A stretch of DNA of 64,000 nucleotides, taken from positions 8,618,001 through 8,682,000 of the forward strand of contig NC_086108.1 in assembly GCF_963921235.1 (NCBI RefSeq), given 5' to 3'. Positions 25,363-37,920 of the stretch are shown here, in pieces. This stretch comes from Mobula hypostoma. Its lineage: Eukaryota. The notes below the pieces were generated by a model, which made no database searches, was not told the DNA's origin, and was given only the letters and a program-made list of their open reading frames with translations. A program made the translations under genes and the position numbers. The stretch's first letter is position 1. Every line of letters begins with the position of its first letter.

Positions 25363-26019
25363 TGGGCCTGCTCCAGCTGACCGGGCCTCATGTCTGTGGA
25401 CTCACTTCCATTCTGAATGCTGTTGCTTGCACAACCTTGTGTTTTTTCTCTCTGCGCATTGGATGTTTGTTGGTCTTTTCTTTCAACCGGCTATTTCGGG
25501 TTTCTTGTTTTGTGGCTGCCTGTAAGGAGACAAATCTCAAATTTGTATAATTTATACATATTTTGAGAACAAATGTACGTTGAACTTTGGAGCTTCTGTT
25601 GGCGTTTCAGTACCTTTAAGCAGTGAGGACAGGAATATTTTATTCCCTTGAGAGCTGGGTGCAAAATGTTGCCCATCTCTGGGACTGTCATGTGATGGAT
25701 AGTTGCTACTCATCCAGCCAAGAACGATGATATGAATATTTGAGGAATATTCCAATTGAACTGTTTCCCATGTGACCTTTCATAGTGACATGTTCCTTTA
25801 TATGGAAATTTGGACTGGACTTTTATAGATGGGAGTATCTTTGCCTGGCTGTATGCTTGGACACAATACTAGGGGCATTTTGACCAGCTCAGATGGTGAC
25901 CATGGAAACAGGGAAGTGGAGTCTCTTTCACCCTTTCCACTTGGGATTGTGTCTGGCGACTTCGGTACATTGAAGGAAAGTACAAGGAGCATTTTATTGC
26001 AAGATGGTTGGAGAACAAA

Positions 26020-26946
26020 CACTTCAGAATCAGGTTTATTATCGCTGGCATGTGCCGTAAAATTTGTTAACTCAGCAGCAGCAATTCGATGCAATGTGTA
26101 ATATAGAAGAAGGAGAAGAAAAGTAAGTAAATAAATAAATAAGTTCCAGTATACATATATTCAATAAATCAATATCATGCAAAAAACAGAAATAATATAT
26201 AATTAAAAAGTGAGGTAGTGTCCAAGGATTCAATGTCCATTTAGGAATCGGATATCAGAGGGGAAGAAGCTGTTCCTGAATCGCTGAGTGTGTGCCTTCA
26301 GGCTTCTGTACCTCCTCCCTGATGGTAACAGTGAGAAAAGGACATGCCCTGAGTGCTGGAGGTCCTTAATAATGGATGCTGCCTTTCTGAGACACCACTC
26401 CCTAAAGATGTCCTGGGTGCTTTGTAGGCTAGTGCCCAAGATGGAGCCGACTAAATTTACAACCTTCTGCAGCTTCTTTCGGTCCTGTGCAGTAGCCCCT
26501 CCATACCAGACAGTGATGCAGCCTGTCAGAATGCTCTCCACAGTGCAACTATAGAAGTTTTTGAGTGTATTTGTTGACATGCCAAATCTCTTCAAACTCC
26601 TAATAAAGTCTTGCCTTCTTTATAACTACATCAATATGTTGGGACCAGGTTAGATCCTCAGAGATCTTGACACCCAGGAACTTGAAACTGCTCACTCTCT
26701 CCACTTCTGATCTTTCTATGAAGATTGGTATGTGCTCCTTCGTCTTACCCTTCCTGAAGTCCACAATCAGCTCTTTCATCTTACTGACATTGAGTGCCAG
26801 GTTGTTGCTGCGACACCATTCCACTAGTTGGCATATCTCACTCCTGTACTCCCTCTTGTCACCACCTGAGATTCTACCAACGATGGTTGTATCGTCAGCA
26901 AATTTATCGCTGATATTTGAGCTATACCTAGCCACACAGTCAGTCA
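26020..26946 (-). mobile_element. Rex1/Babar-type LINE 3' part (RT end and tail)
   Basis: KFADDTTIVG, NNLALNVSK.KELIVDFRK, FKFLG, ESILTGCITVWYG, LLPSGRRYRSL, RFRNSFFP. Confidence 0.85.
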
Positions 26947-27199
26947 CGGGTATAGAAAACAGAGACTACGAAGGACTTAGACAGTTTAGGAGAATTGGCG
27001 AAGAAATGAGAGATGGAATACAGAGTTGGGAAATGTTTGGTCATGCACTTCGGTAGAAGAAATGAAAAAGTTGACTATTTTCTAAATGGAGAGAAAATAC
27101 AAAAAAACGGAGGCACAAAGGGTTTTGGGAGTCCTTGTGCAGGATCCCCTAAAAGTTAATTTGCAGGTTGAGATCATGGTGAGGAAGGCAAGAGCAATG

Positions 27200-27727
27200 T
27201 CAGAATCAGAATCAACTTTATTATCACCGGCATGTGATGTGAAATTTGTTAGCTTAGCAGCAGCACTTCAAAGCAATACATAATCTAGCAGAGAGAGAAA
27301 AAATAATAATAATAAAGTAAAACATAATAATAAATAAACAAATAAATCAATTATGTATATTGAATGGATTTTTAAAAATGTGCGAAAACAGAAATACTGT
27401 ATATTAAAAAAAAGTGAGTTAGTGTCCCAGGGTTCAATGTCTATTTAGGAATTGGATGGCAGAGGGGAAGAAGCTGTTCCTGAATCGCTGAGTGTGTGCC
27501 TTCAGGCTTCTGTACCTCCTACCTGATGGTAACAGTGAGAAAAGGACATGCCTTGGGTGCTGGAGGTCCTTAATAATGGACGCTGCCTTTCTGAGACACT
27601 GCTCCTTGAAGATGTCCTGGGTACTTTGTAGGCTAGTACCCAAGATGTAGCCGACTAAATCTGCAACCCACTTTCGGTCCTGTGCAGTAGCCCCTCCATA
27701 TCAGACAGTGATGCAGCCTGTCGGAAT
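27200..27727 (-). mobile_element. Rex1/Babar-type LINE 3' fragment
   Basis: ORF 27434-27643 nearly identical to the copy at 26230-26595. Confidence 0.8.
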
Positions 27728-27941
27728 GGTCCTGGTGCAGGTCGATGGGAGAAGGTAGTTTAAATGGCTTGGCCTTGACCAGAAGGGCCGAAGGGCCTGT
27801 TTCTGTGCTGTATTTTTCTATGACTCTATGACTCTGAGACAGGAGAGGGATAATAAATCAGCCATGATAGAATGGCAGAGCAGATTCGATGGGCTGAATG
27901 GCCTAATTCTGCTCCTGTGTCTTAGGTCTTTTGGTCAAAGT

Positions 27942-28237
27942 GTGTGGGCACATGACCAAGTGGTTAGGCCATTCGACTAGCGATCTGAAGGTTGTGAGTT
28001 CGAGCCCCAGCCGAGGCAGTGTGTTATGTCCTTGAGCAAGGCACTTAACCACACAGTGCTCTGCGACGACACTGGCCCTTGCCCTTCCCTTGGACAGCAC
28101 TGGTATTGTGGAGAGGTGAGACTTGCAGCATGGGCAACTGCCGGTCTTCCATACAACCTTGCCCAGGCCTGCGCCCTGGAGACTGAAGACTTTCCAGGCG
28201 CAGATCCATGGTCTCACAAGACTAACGGATGCCTTTA
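27942..28237 (+). mobile_element. tRNA-derived SINE
   Basis: Same family as 22565; TSD tggtcaaagt at 27932-27941 and 28238-28247. Confidence 0.85.
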
Positions 28238-28560
28238 TGGTCAAAGTCAAGTCGTACACAAGTGCATGTAGATACAATGAAGAGCTTACATGCAGCAGCT
28301 TCTGCCCCACTGTTATCAGACTCTTGAAGGGACCTTGTGTAAGTTAAGCTCAGGTCTCGGGAGGAAGAAACCAGAGGTCCATGAGCCAGTCCCCTCGTCC
28401 GAGAATTAGAGGTGGAGGCCATCAGCAACTTTAATTATCTGGGTGTTATTATTTCAGAAGACCTGCTCTGGGCCCAGCACGTAAATGCAATTATGAAGAA
28501 AACACAGCACCGCCTCTACTTCCTTAAGAGTTTGTGGAAATCCGGCTTTGACAAACTTCT

Positions 28561-30857
28561 GTGGATCAACACACTGGAGACTGCAGAGCCCAGAGGCTGT
28601 CTTCAACTTCACCAGTGACTTTAATCGAGTGTTGCTGACGAAAGTCTCTCCAAAGTTTGTCAGCACATTCAGGTGAGCACCCGTGGAGATAACACACTTG
28701 ACCACTGCTACACTCCCTTCTGCAACGCTTACAAAGCTCTCCTTTGCCCAGCTTTTGGAAAATCAGATCATTCTTCGATCCTGCTTTTGCCGACGAACAA
28801 GCAGAAGCTGAAACAGGAGGCGGCCATAGTTAAAACCGTCCGCTGTTGGTCCGACCAGTCGGCCTCCACGCTGCAGGACTGCTTTGATGACGTCGACAGG
28901 AATGTCTTCCATGATGAGGATGTCTCCGAGTTCACGGATGGAGTCACATGCTTCATCCGGAAGTGCATCGACGATGTTGTCCCCCAGAAGTCGGTCAGGG
29001 TTTTCCCGAACCAGAAACCCTGAGTCAATAGTTCCGTGCAAGCAGCACTTACTACGCGACATCGAGCTTGCATCACCAGCAATCAGCAGGAGCTCAAGAA
29101 AAGCAGCTATGATCTGCGCAAAGCTATCAAGGCTGTGAAACAATAATACATGGACAAGATTGAGTCAAGATTCACAATGATCACATGATTTGTGGCGAGG
29201 GCTGGATACCATCACAGACTTCAAAGCCAAAGGTTGTGGTGCTGCCAACATCGTGGCCTCTCTCCCAGATGAGCTCAATCGCTTTTATGCTGGTTCAATG
29301 TCACTAACTCTGAGCCTCTGAGGAAAGCCACCGTTACAACCTGCAAGCTGGTCATCTCTGAGGCTGAGGTACGCAGATGTTTCCAACGAGTGGACAGTCA
29401 CAAGGCTACGGGACCGGACGGCATCTCAGGGTGAGTACTCAGGATGTGCCCAGCACAAATGGCAGGTGTGTTTACAGACATCTTTAATCCCTTCCTCTCC
29501 CAGTGTAGAGTGCCCTCCTGCTTCAAATTATCCACTATTGTCCCTATACCTAAAAAGGCCAAGGTAACATGTCTGAACAACTGGTGCCCTGTCACAATCA
29601 ACTCAATAATAATCAAATGCTTTGAGAGGCTGCAGCTTGCTACCACCCACACTGGACCCAATACAGTTTGCCTACCAACACAACCGATCGACAGATGATG
29701 CAATAGCTTCTGCTCTACATACCGTCCTTACACATCTGGAGAAGAAGGATGCTTATGTGAGAATGCTGTTTTGGACTACAGTTCAATATTCAACACAATA
29801 ATTCTCTCCAGGCTTGACAAGAAGCTCAGAGACCTCGGCCTTCACCCTGCCTTGTGCAGCTGGATCCTGGACCTCCTGTCAGATCGCCAGCAGGTTGTAA
29901 GAGTGGGCTCCCTCACCTCCACCCCTCTGACTCTCAACACCTGAGCCCCTCAGGGCTGCGTACTCTCCCCTCCTTTACTCCCTGTTTACCCATGACTGTG
30001 TCGCCACACACAGCTCTGATCTGCTAATTAAATTTGCTGGCGACACTATATTGATTGGCCTAATCTCAAACAATAACGAGCTGGCCTACAGGGAAGAAGT
30101 CATCTCTCTGACACAGTGGTGTCAAGAAAACAACCTCTCCCTCAATGTCGCAAAAACAAAGGAGCTGGTTGTGGATTACAGGAGGAATGGAGACAGGCTA
30201 ACCCCTATTGACATCAATGGATCCAGGGTTGAGAGGGTAAACAGCTTCAAGTTCCTCAGCATCCACATCACCGAGGACCTCACGTGATCTGTACACACCA
30301 GCTGTGTGGTGAAAAGGGCACAACAGCGCCTCTTTCATCTCAGACGGTTGAAGAAGTTTGGTATGGGCCCCCAAATCCTGAGAACATTCTACAGGGGCAC
30401 AGTTTTGAACACCCTGACTGGCTGCATCATTGTCTGGTATGGGATCTGTACCTCCCTTAATCGCAGGACTCTGCAGAGAGTGGTGCGGACAGCCCAGCGC
30501 ATCTGTCGTTGTGAACTTCAGGACATTTACAAAGACAGGTGTGTAAAAAGGGCTAGAAGGATCATTGGGGACCCGAGTCACCCCAACCACAAACTGTTCC
30601 AGCTGCTTCCATCCGGGAAGCGGTACCACAGCAGAGAAGCCAGGACCAACCGAGTCTGGAACAGCTTCTTCCACCAGGCCGTCAGACTGTTTAACTTACA
30701 CTGATTTGAGTGTATCCTATGTTACATTGACTGTTCTATTTAATATAAATTATTATAAATTACTATGATTGCACATTTAGATGGAGATGTAATGTAAAGA
30801 TTTTTACTCCTCATGTATGTGAAGGATGTAAGAAATAAAGTCAATTCAATTCAATTC
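28561..30857 (+). mobile_element. Rex1/Babar LINE, degenerate endonuclease end plus RT, (caatt)n tail
   Basis: TRGDNTLDHCYT...FGKSDHSSILLLP, GPDG, KCFERL, ENNLSLNVAKTKELVVDYRR; tail aataaagtcaattcaattcaattc; nested in an older copy. Confidence 0.88.
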
Positions 30858-31039
30858 GAGATGTGTAGTGGAGAGTATATTGACTGGCTGCATCACAGCC
30901 TGGTTTGGAAACACTAATGCTCTTGAACGGAAAATCCTACAAAAAGTAACGGCCTATTCTGTCACCCCAATCTGCGCCTTGTAAGGCATGGAAATGCCGG
31001 ACGCAGGTCTCTCATGGTCTGAGTCGACGTTCCCTCCCC

Positions 31040-31260
31040 CTGTCACCCCAGCCGAATCATGGGACAATTGACAATGACCAATTAACCATCTAACTGTACG
31101 TCTTTGCACTGTGGGAGGAAACTGGAGCACCTGGGGGAAACCCATGCGGTCCCGGGGAGAAACGTTCAGATTTTCTAAGAGAGGACGCCGGAATTGAACT
31201 CTGGAATCCAGCACCCCTGAGCTGTAATAGTGCCGTGCTAATCACTACGTTACCGTGGCA
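31040..31260 (-). mobile_element. tRNA-headed SINE (V-SINE/HE1-like); related copies near 24140-24365, 36360-36620 and 57436-57700
   Basis: Minus-strand gagttcaattccg B box and core tgggtttcccccaggtgctccagtttcctcccac. Confidence 0.6.
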
Positions 31261-32044
31261 CTCCATGGTCGTCGCATCCTTGATGCAGCAGCTCCTGTAG
31301 ACTAGGCTCGGTGCTGATACTGTGTAGAATCAGTGGGTTGGTCTCTATAACGAACAAGGTGCTATGGAGGAGAGCAGGAGTAGATACGGCAAACGGCAAA
31401 TGGCCACGGGCGTTCAAGTTTGTGAGGGGGACTGACTGAACGGCTGTCTCCCTGCATTGGGGCGTTTGGAAGTGAGGGGGGCATGGCCTTGGGACAAGGG
31501 AACCACCAAGTAGGATAAGATGGGAAGTCTCATCTTTGTTTGCCAGTCTTTGGAAATCTTCACAGTGGGCAGGGGATGGTTGGTTAACTATGTGCAGAAC
31601 ATAGAACACTACAGCGCAATACAGGCCCTTTGGCCCACAATGTTGTGCTGACCTATCAACCTAATCTAAAATCAATTCAACCCTTCCCACCTATATAACC
31701 CTCCATTTTTCTGTCATCCACGTGCCAATCTCTTAACTGCCCCTGGTGTATTTGCCTCTGCCGCTACCTCTGGCCACACGCCTACCGCTCTCTGTGTGAA
31801 AAAAACACTATCTCCTCCATCCTCCCCTCCATACTTTCCCCCCATCACCTTCAAATTATGACCCCTCATATTAGCCCAGCAAATAATGTCTCTGGCTATC
31901 CACTCCATCTATGCCTTTTATCATTTTGTACACTCTATCGAGTCAGCTCTCATCCTCCTTCGCTCCAGAGAGAAAAGCCCTAGCTCACTCAACCCATCCT
32001 CATAAGACATGCTCTCTAGTAAATCTCCTCCGCACCCTCTTTCA

Positions 32045-32545
32045 AATACAACCATATAACAATTACAGCACGGAAACAAGCCATCTCGGCCCTTCTAGTC
32101 CGTGCCGAACTCTTACTCTCACCTCGTCCCACCAACCTGCACTCAGCCCATAACCCTCCATTCCTTTCCCGTCCATATATCTGTCCAATTTAACTTTAAA
32201 CGACAACATCAAACCTGCCTCAACCACTTCTGCTGGAAGCTCGTTCCACACAGCCACCACTCTCTGAGTCATGTTACCCCTAAACTTTTGCCCATTTCCC
32301 CCAGGATCAATGAAGTATGACTATGACTATTAACTCTCAACTCATGTCCTCTTGTTTGAATCTCCCCCATTCTCAATGGAAAAAGCCTATCCACGTCAAC
32401 TCTATTTATCCCCCTCATAATTTTAAATACCTCTATCAAGTCCCCCCTCAACCTTCTACGCTCCAAAGAATAAAGACCCAACTTGTTCAACCTTTCTCTG
32501 TAACTTAGGTGATGAAACCCGGATAACATTCTAGTAAATCTTCCC
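32045..32545 (-). mobile_element. Young CR1 3' end, same subfamily as 7580-9868, nested in an older CR1 fragment
   Basis: GFHHLSYRERLNKLGLYSLE... matches the copy at 9412-9868. Confidence 0.88.
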
Positions 32546-32899
32546 TGTATGCATCCTTCCTGTATTGAGGTGACCAGAACTCAAGTGTGGTCTGAGTGTG
32601 TTTATGACTGAGGCTGTTTCACATTTGACTTGTAAACAGCAAGGGATTGGAATGTGGAGAGAACAGATGGGCGAGGAGGCTGTGACCACGAGACGGGGCA
32701 GACGTCAAAGCCACACTCCTGTTCTTCAGAGAAGGGCGTCACACCTAGCACTCCCTAAGATACTGAGAGAGTTAAAGCACAGAGGCATTGAGCAGGTCAG
32801 GGAGGGAGCTACATACATGGAGAGTGCCCCAAGCCACATCACGGAAGCATTGGTGTTCCAACCTCACCAACGGGATATGATTAAGATTACCTTTATTTG

Positions 32900-33200
32900 C
32901 CACATGTACGTCAAAATGGTTGGGTTGAGTTGTTCTCTGACCTTGGCAATCCATTTGCAAATGTTTCATCACCGTACGAGGGGACATCGTCAGTGCGCTG
33001 TTCACTTGTGGTATGCCTTCCGAATGCTTTCTCTTGAAGTCTCTAGCCATGAAGATCAAGAGGGGCACAGATTCGACTGGGCATCAGTGAGAGTCGTGGC
33101 ACAAGCAAACCGCAGCATGCAAGAGAAGTGTGGTTTTCTGCAAACAATTCTCTGAACAGACATGTAAACTTCAATCCCATTTGTAGGCCAATTCCAGACC
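32900..33200. mobile_element. Second Penelope-like family remnant: inverted pLTR piece plus GIY-YIG C-terminus
   Basis: + strand HEDQEGHRFDWASVRVVAQA...WFSANNSLNRHVNFNPI; - strand hammerhead-like motif at 32957-32996. Confidence 0.55.
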
Positions 33201-33324
33201 ACGTACAAAGTTCGTCGCACAACCCATCAGCTACAAGACCCCCTCCCTATGTCACAATTGAATTTCTGTAATGACGACCAATTAGCTGATGGATGAACTG
33301 GGCAGTGGGATTCCATTGGATGCC

Positions 33325-34230
33325 TTCCTCACCCCCACTTTCTGTTTTCCGAAGGGATCGCTCCCTACGCGACTCCCTTGTCCTTTCGTCCCTCCCATTG
33401 ATCTCCCTCCTGATAGCTATCCTTGCAAGTGGGCAAGTGCTACACCTGCGCCTACACCTCCTCCCTCACTACCATTCAGGGCCTCAAACAGTCCTTCCAG
33501 GTGAGGCGTCTCTTCACCTGTGAGTCTGTTGGGGTCACCTACTGTATCCTGTGCTCCCGGTGTGTCCTCCTGTAGATCAGTGAGACTTGACGTAGATTGG
33601 GAGACTGCTTCGCCAAGCGCCTACACTCTGTCCGCCAGAAAAAGCAGGGTCTCCCAATGGCCACCCATTTTAATTCTACTTCCATTCCCATTTTGACATG
33701 TCAGTCCATGGCCTCCTCTGCTGTCGCGATGAGGCCACACTCAGGTTGGAGGAACAACACCTTATATTCCATCTAGGTAGCCTCCAACCTGATGGCATGA
33801 ACATCGATTTCTCGAACTTCTGGTAATTACCCCCACCCCTTCACCATTCCCCCATTCCCCTTTCCCTCTCTCACCTTATCTCTTTACCTGCCCATCTCTC
33901 TGGTGCTCTTCCCCCTTCCCTTTCTTCCATGGTCTTCTCCCCTCTCCTATCAGATTCCCCCTTCTCCAGTCCTTTATCTCTTTCACCAATCTACTTCCCA
34001 GTTCTCACCCTCCCCCTCTTCAGGTTTCACCTGTCACCTACCACCTCGTACTTCTTCCTCCCTTTCCCCACCTTCCTGCTCTGACCTCATCTTTTTCTTC
34101 CAGTCCTGATGAAGGGTCTGGGCCCAAGAGGTTGACTGTTTACCATAGACGCTGCCTGGCCTGCTGAGTTCCTCCGGCATTTTGTGTGTGTTGCTTTGGA
34201 CTTGCAGCATCTGCAGATTTTCTCTTGTTT
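33325..34230 (+). mobile_element. Penelope-like element 3' fragment (GIY-YIG), degenerate
   Basis: FRRDRSLRDSLV, decayed GIY-YIG region, LRLEEQHLIFHLGSLQPDGMNIDFSNF; degenerate hammerhead at ~34102-34137. Confidence 0.8.
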
Positions 34231-35393
34231 GTGCAATACTCCAGATGCGGGCTTAACCAGAATTTTATAAAGTTCCAACATAACTTCTTGACTTTTGAAC
34301 TCACTGCCTCGATAAATAAAACAAAGCATTCCATAAGCCTTCTTAACCACCCTTTTGTAATCTTATAAACCTCTATCAGATCTCCCCTGGGTCGCCACCG
34401 CTCCAGTGAAAACAACCCAAGTTTATCCAGCCTCTCATAGCAGTGGGGAGATTTAATGGGACCTGTCTTTGAGCCTGGTGGCACATGCTTTCAGGCTTTT
34501 GTACCTTCTGCCCAGTGGGAGGGGGAGTAGAGAGAATGTCGGAGATGGACGGGGTCCTTGATGATGCTGGCTGCTTCACTGGGGTAGTGAGAAGTGTAGA
34601 CAGAGTTCGCCGAGGGGTGGCTGGTTTCTGTGATGTGCTGAGCCACGCCCAGGATGTTCTTGGACCTGGTGGTGTGTCACCCTTCTGGAAAGAACGCAAG
34701 CCAATTCCAGCAACACGCGTCTTTGGGGCGTGGGAGGAAACGGGAACACTCAGGCACAGATTCCGAGATGGGGAAGGTGTGAGGAATGTGAGCGCATCTT
34801 CGATGCGTCCCTCAACACGTACTCCTGCCGCCTGGAGTGTGCCGGTCAGCAGCATTCTCCCATGGACGCCCCGATGTGCTGGCAGACCGAAAGGAAAGGG
34901 TGTCTTTCACTGCGTTGACGTCTGTCTGTGTCCCCGGGAACAGCCCGTAGCTTCTGCCTTGCAGCTGGTCAGGTTCCTCCATACCCTGTATATGTGGAGT
35001 CTGCACCTTCTGCCAGTGGCTGCGTGGGCTTTCTCCCGCATCTCACAGGCGTGCAGGCTGGTGGCCACGATGGGCGACAGTTCCTTCCCTCAGGCCATTA
35101 GGCTTCTGAACTGCCTGCTGCATCTCACTCGAAGTGTCACTGGTTAATCTGTTCTGTACCTGACAATATCTAATTTATGCACTTTACTGTGTTTATCTAA
35201 CTGTAGATTTCATCCTTCCTTTCCCAAGTTATTGTGTGTTATAAGTACTACTGTGTTTAACACCCTGATCCAGAGAAGCGTTGTCTCATTTGACGGTATA
35301 CTTGTGTAGAGTTAAGTGACAATAAACTTGACTTAATTGTTCACTGTAAATTACCACTGGTATATCAGTGAGGGAAAGAGTCTGGGGAGATTT

Positions 35394-35539
35394 CAAGCAA
35401 CACACATAAAAGTTGCTGGTGAACGCAGCAGGCCAGGCAGCATCTCTAGGAAGAGGTACAGTCGACGTTTCAGGCCGAGACCCTTCGTCAGTTTTTTATG
35501 TGTGTTGCTTGAAATTCCAGCATCTGCAGATTTCCTCGT
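35394..35539. mobile_element. Penelope tail micro-insertion with inverted arms
   Basis: 14-bp TSD gtctggggagattt (35380-35393, 35540-35553); 21-bp inverted repeat 35391-35411 / 35494-35514. Confidence 0.8.
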
Positions 35540-36651
35540 GTCTGGGGAGATTTAATGGGACCTGTGGACTGCAAGTCCATTCAGCCCACAATATTGTGCT
35601 GAACCAGCTAAAAAGCAAATCAAGAACACCCAAACATTAACCCTTCCTACCTACACAATGCCCATATCCCTCCATCTTCCTCACATCCATGTGCCTATCC
35701 AAACATCTCTTCAAAGTCTCGAATGTATTTGCTTCTACCACCAGACCAGGCAGTGGAACCACCATGCTCTGAGTAAAAAAACTTACCCCTGGCATCCCTT
35801 TTTAACCTCCGCCCTCTCACCTTCAATGCATGCCCTCTGGTATTAGACATCTCAACCCTGGGAAACAGATATTCCCTGTCCACTCTATCTATGCCTCTCA
35901 TAATCTTATAAACCTCTATCAGCTTCCTATAGTGGGGCAACTAGAACTGTATGCAACACTGCAGGTGTAGCCTAACCATAAATATTAATTTTTCAATTAA
36001 TTTTCCAGTAATTACGGTTCAGCTGCTTCTGTATTCTCTCTGGAAGCTTCCTAGTGTTGTGCAGCAGGTGTCACACCGCTGAAATCTGTCTACTTGATAA
36101 GTTAATTGTTACCACTGGAATTTGTGTTATCTCCAGCCTGAGTAGGAGACGACCACAGCTGCTTTTTTCCTTCCTCTTTGCTATGTCCTCTCAGCTCCTC
36201 TTTCTTTGTTCATTATTTGTTCTTGTAACACTTAGTAAAATTGCTTCGCAATAAGTTTGATGCCTCAGTCCTGGCTCCCAGATAAGTTTGGGATCGCGCT
36301 TCATCGGGATCCGGCGGTGGGCTAATCACCTACGATACCGTACAAAAGTCGTATGTGTGATGCGTGGTGCGTAGTGGCTAGCGCAACACCTTGCAGTACA
36401 AACGACCCGGGGTCAATGCACACAGCTGCTTGTAAAGAGATTGTACTTCCTTCCTGTGCCCAGGTGCTGCGGTTCCCTCCCCCAGCCCGGAGGCATATCT
36501 GTTGGTAAGTTAATTGGATATTGTAAATTGTTCCGTGATCAGGATAGGGTTAAATCGGGAGTTACTGGGTGACGTGGCTCGAAGGGCCGGCAGGGGCTGT
36601 TCCACACTGTTTCTCAATCAATCAATAAACAAACAGAAATATATATACCTA

Positions 36652-36718
36652 CAGTACTGTCCAAAAGTCTTAGGCACATATAAGTAGCTAGGGTGCCTAA
36701 GACTCTCTCACAGTGCTG
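36652..36718. mobile_element. 67-bp Tc1/mariner-type MITE; degenerate second copy at 37042-37108
   Basis: cagtactgtccaaaagtcttaggcac ... gtgcctaagactctctcacagtgctg, flanked by TA. Confidence 0.7.
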
Positions 36719-37920
36719 TATGTGTCAATGTGGAGCAGGGAGCGAGTTTGTAAATCTGGTGGGAGCAAGGGATGCTGGGGGTGGGAGGGTTGCTACTGAC
36801 ACACCAGCCCTGAGACACCAGGCAAGGTCATTTGATTCCAAACAATTGTGTTATTGATCATTACTGTCTCTCTGGTGCTTCCGGCTCCCTCCTTTTCCCA
36901 GCCATGATTCCCCTCTCCCTGCCCCCTTCCCACTCTCAGTCCACAATAGAGACCCATATCAGAATCAGGTTTATCATCACTCATATACGTCATGAAACAT
37001 CTTTTTTGTGGCAGCAGTACAGAGCGATACATAAATTACCACAGTACTGTGCAAAAGTCTTCCGCTCCCCAGCTCTATAGAGTACTCTTCCACTTCCGCA
37101 CAGTGCTGTAGATACTTGTCATTTTCCAGTAATTATGGATTTTTTCTAGAAGCTTCTTAGTCTTCAGTAGCAGGTGTCATGCTGCTGAAATCTGCTGATC
37201 TTGTAGGTTAATTTTTATCACTGGAATTTGTGTTATCTCTATCTGAGTAGTTTGCTTAGCATACACATTTCATTCTGCGCAGTTTGACTCTATGACTTCT
37301 AATGGATGTTCAACATTCAAAATAAATTTTATATTCAAAGTATATATATATACACTTTGAATATAAAATTTATATATTTTAAAATTCCATATATATATGT
37401 AACCATATACAAGCCTGAGATTCTTTTTCTTATGAACATACTCATGATGGAATCAATGAAAGACCACCAAACTAGGGAGTTGAGAGTGCAGAAGACAACA
37501 AAACTGTGCAAATACAAAAAGAGAAAAATAACAATAAATAAATACTGCTACTACTACGTCGACTCAGGCCTAGGGGGCCAGCATCAGGCACGACGATGAT
37601 AAATAAATAAGCAATTAAAACCATGAGCATGAGGTGCAGTGAGATCATCAGTCATTTCAATGACGAGGCAAGTTGAGTGAAGTTATCCCCTTTTATTCAG
37701 GAGCCTGATGGTTGAGGGGTAGTGACTTTTCTTGAACCTGGTGGTGCAAGTCCTGAGGCTCCTGTACCTTCTTTCTGATGGCAGCAGTGAAAAGAGAGCA
37801 TGTCCTGGGTAGTGGGGGTCCCTGATGAGGGATGCTGCTTTCCTGCGACAGCGTTTCATGTAGATGTGCTCAGTGGTGGGGAGAGCTTTGTCTGTGACGG
37901 ACTGGACCGTATCCATTACT

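Noticed and set aside
24844..25380. 178-aa CxxC-repeat protein
   Set aside because: Openness follows from a stop-free 60-bp unit; no splice or homology support as a host exon
34485..35147. 220-aa ORF
   Set aside because: Crosses several unrelated repeat fragments and has no recognisable domain
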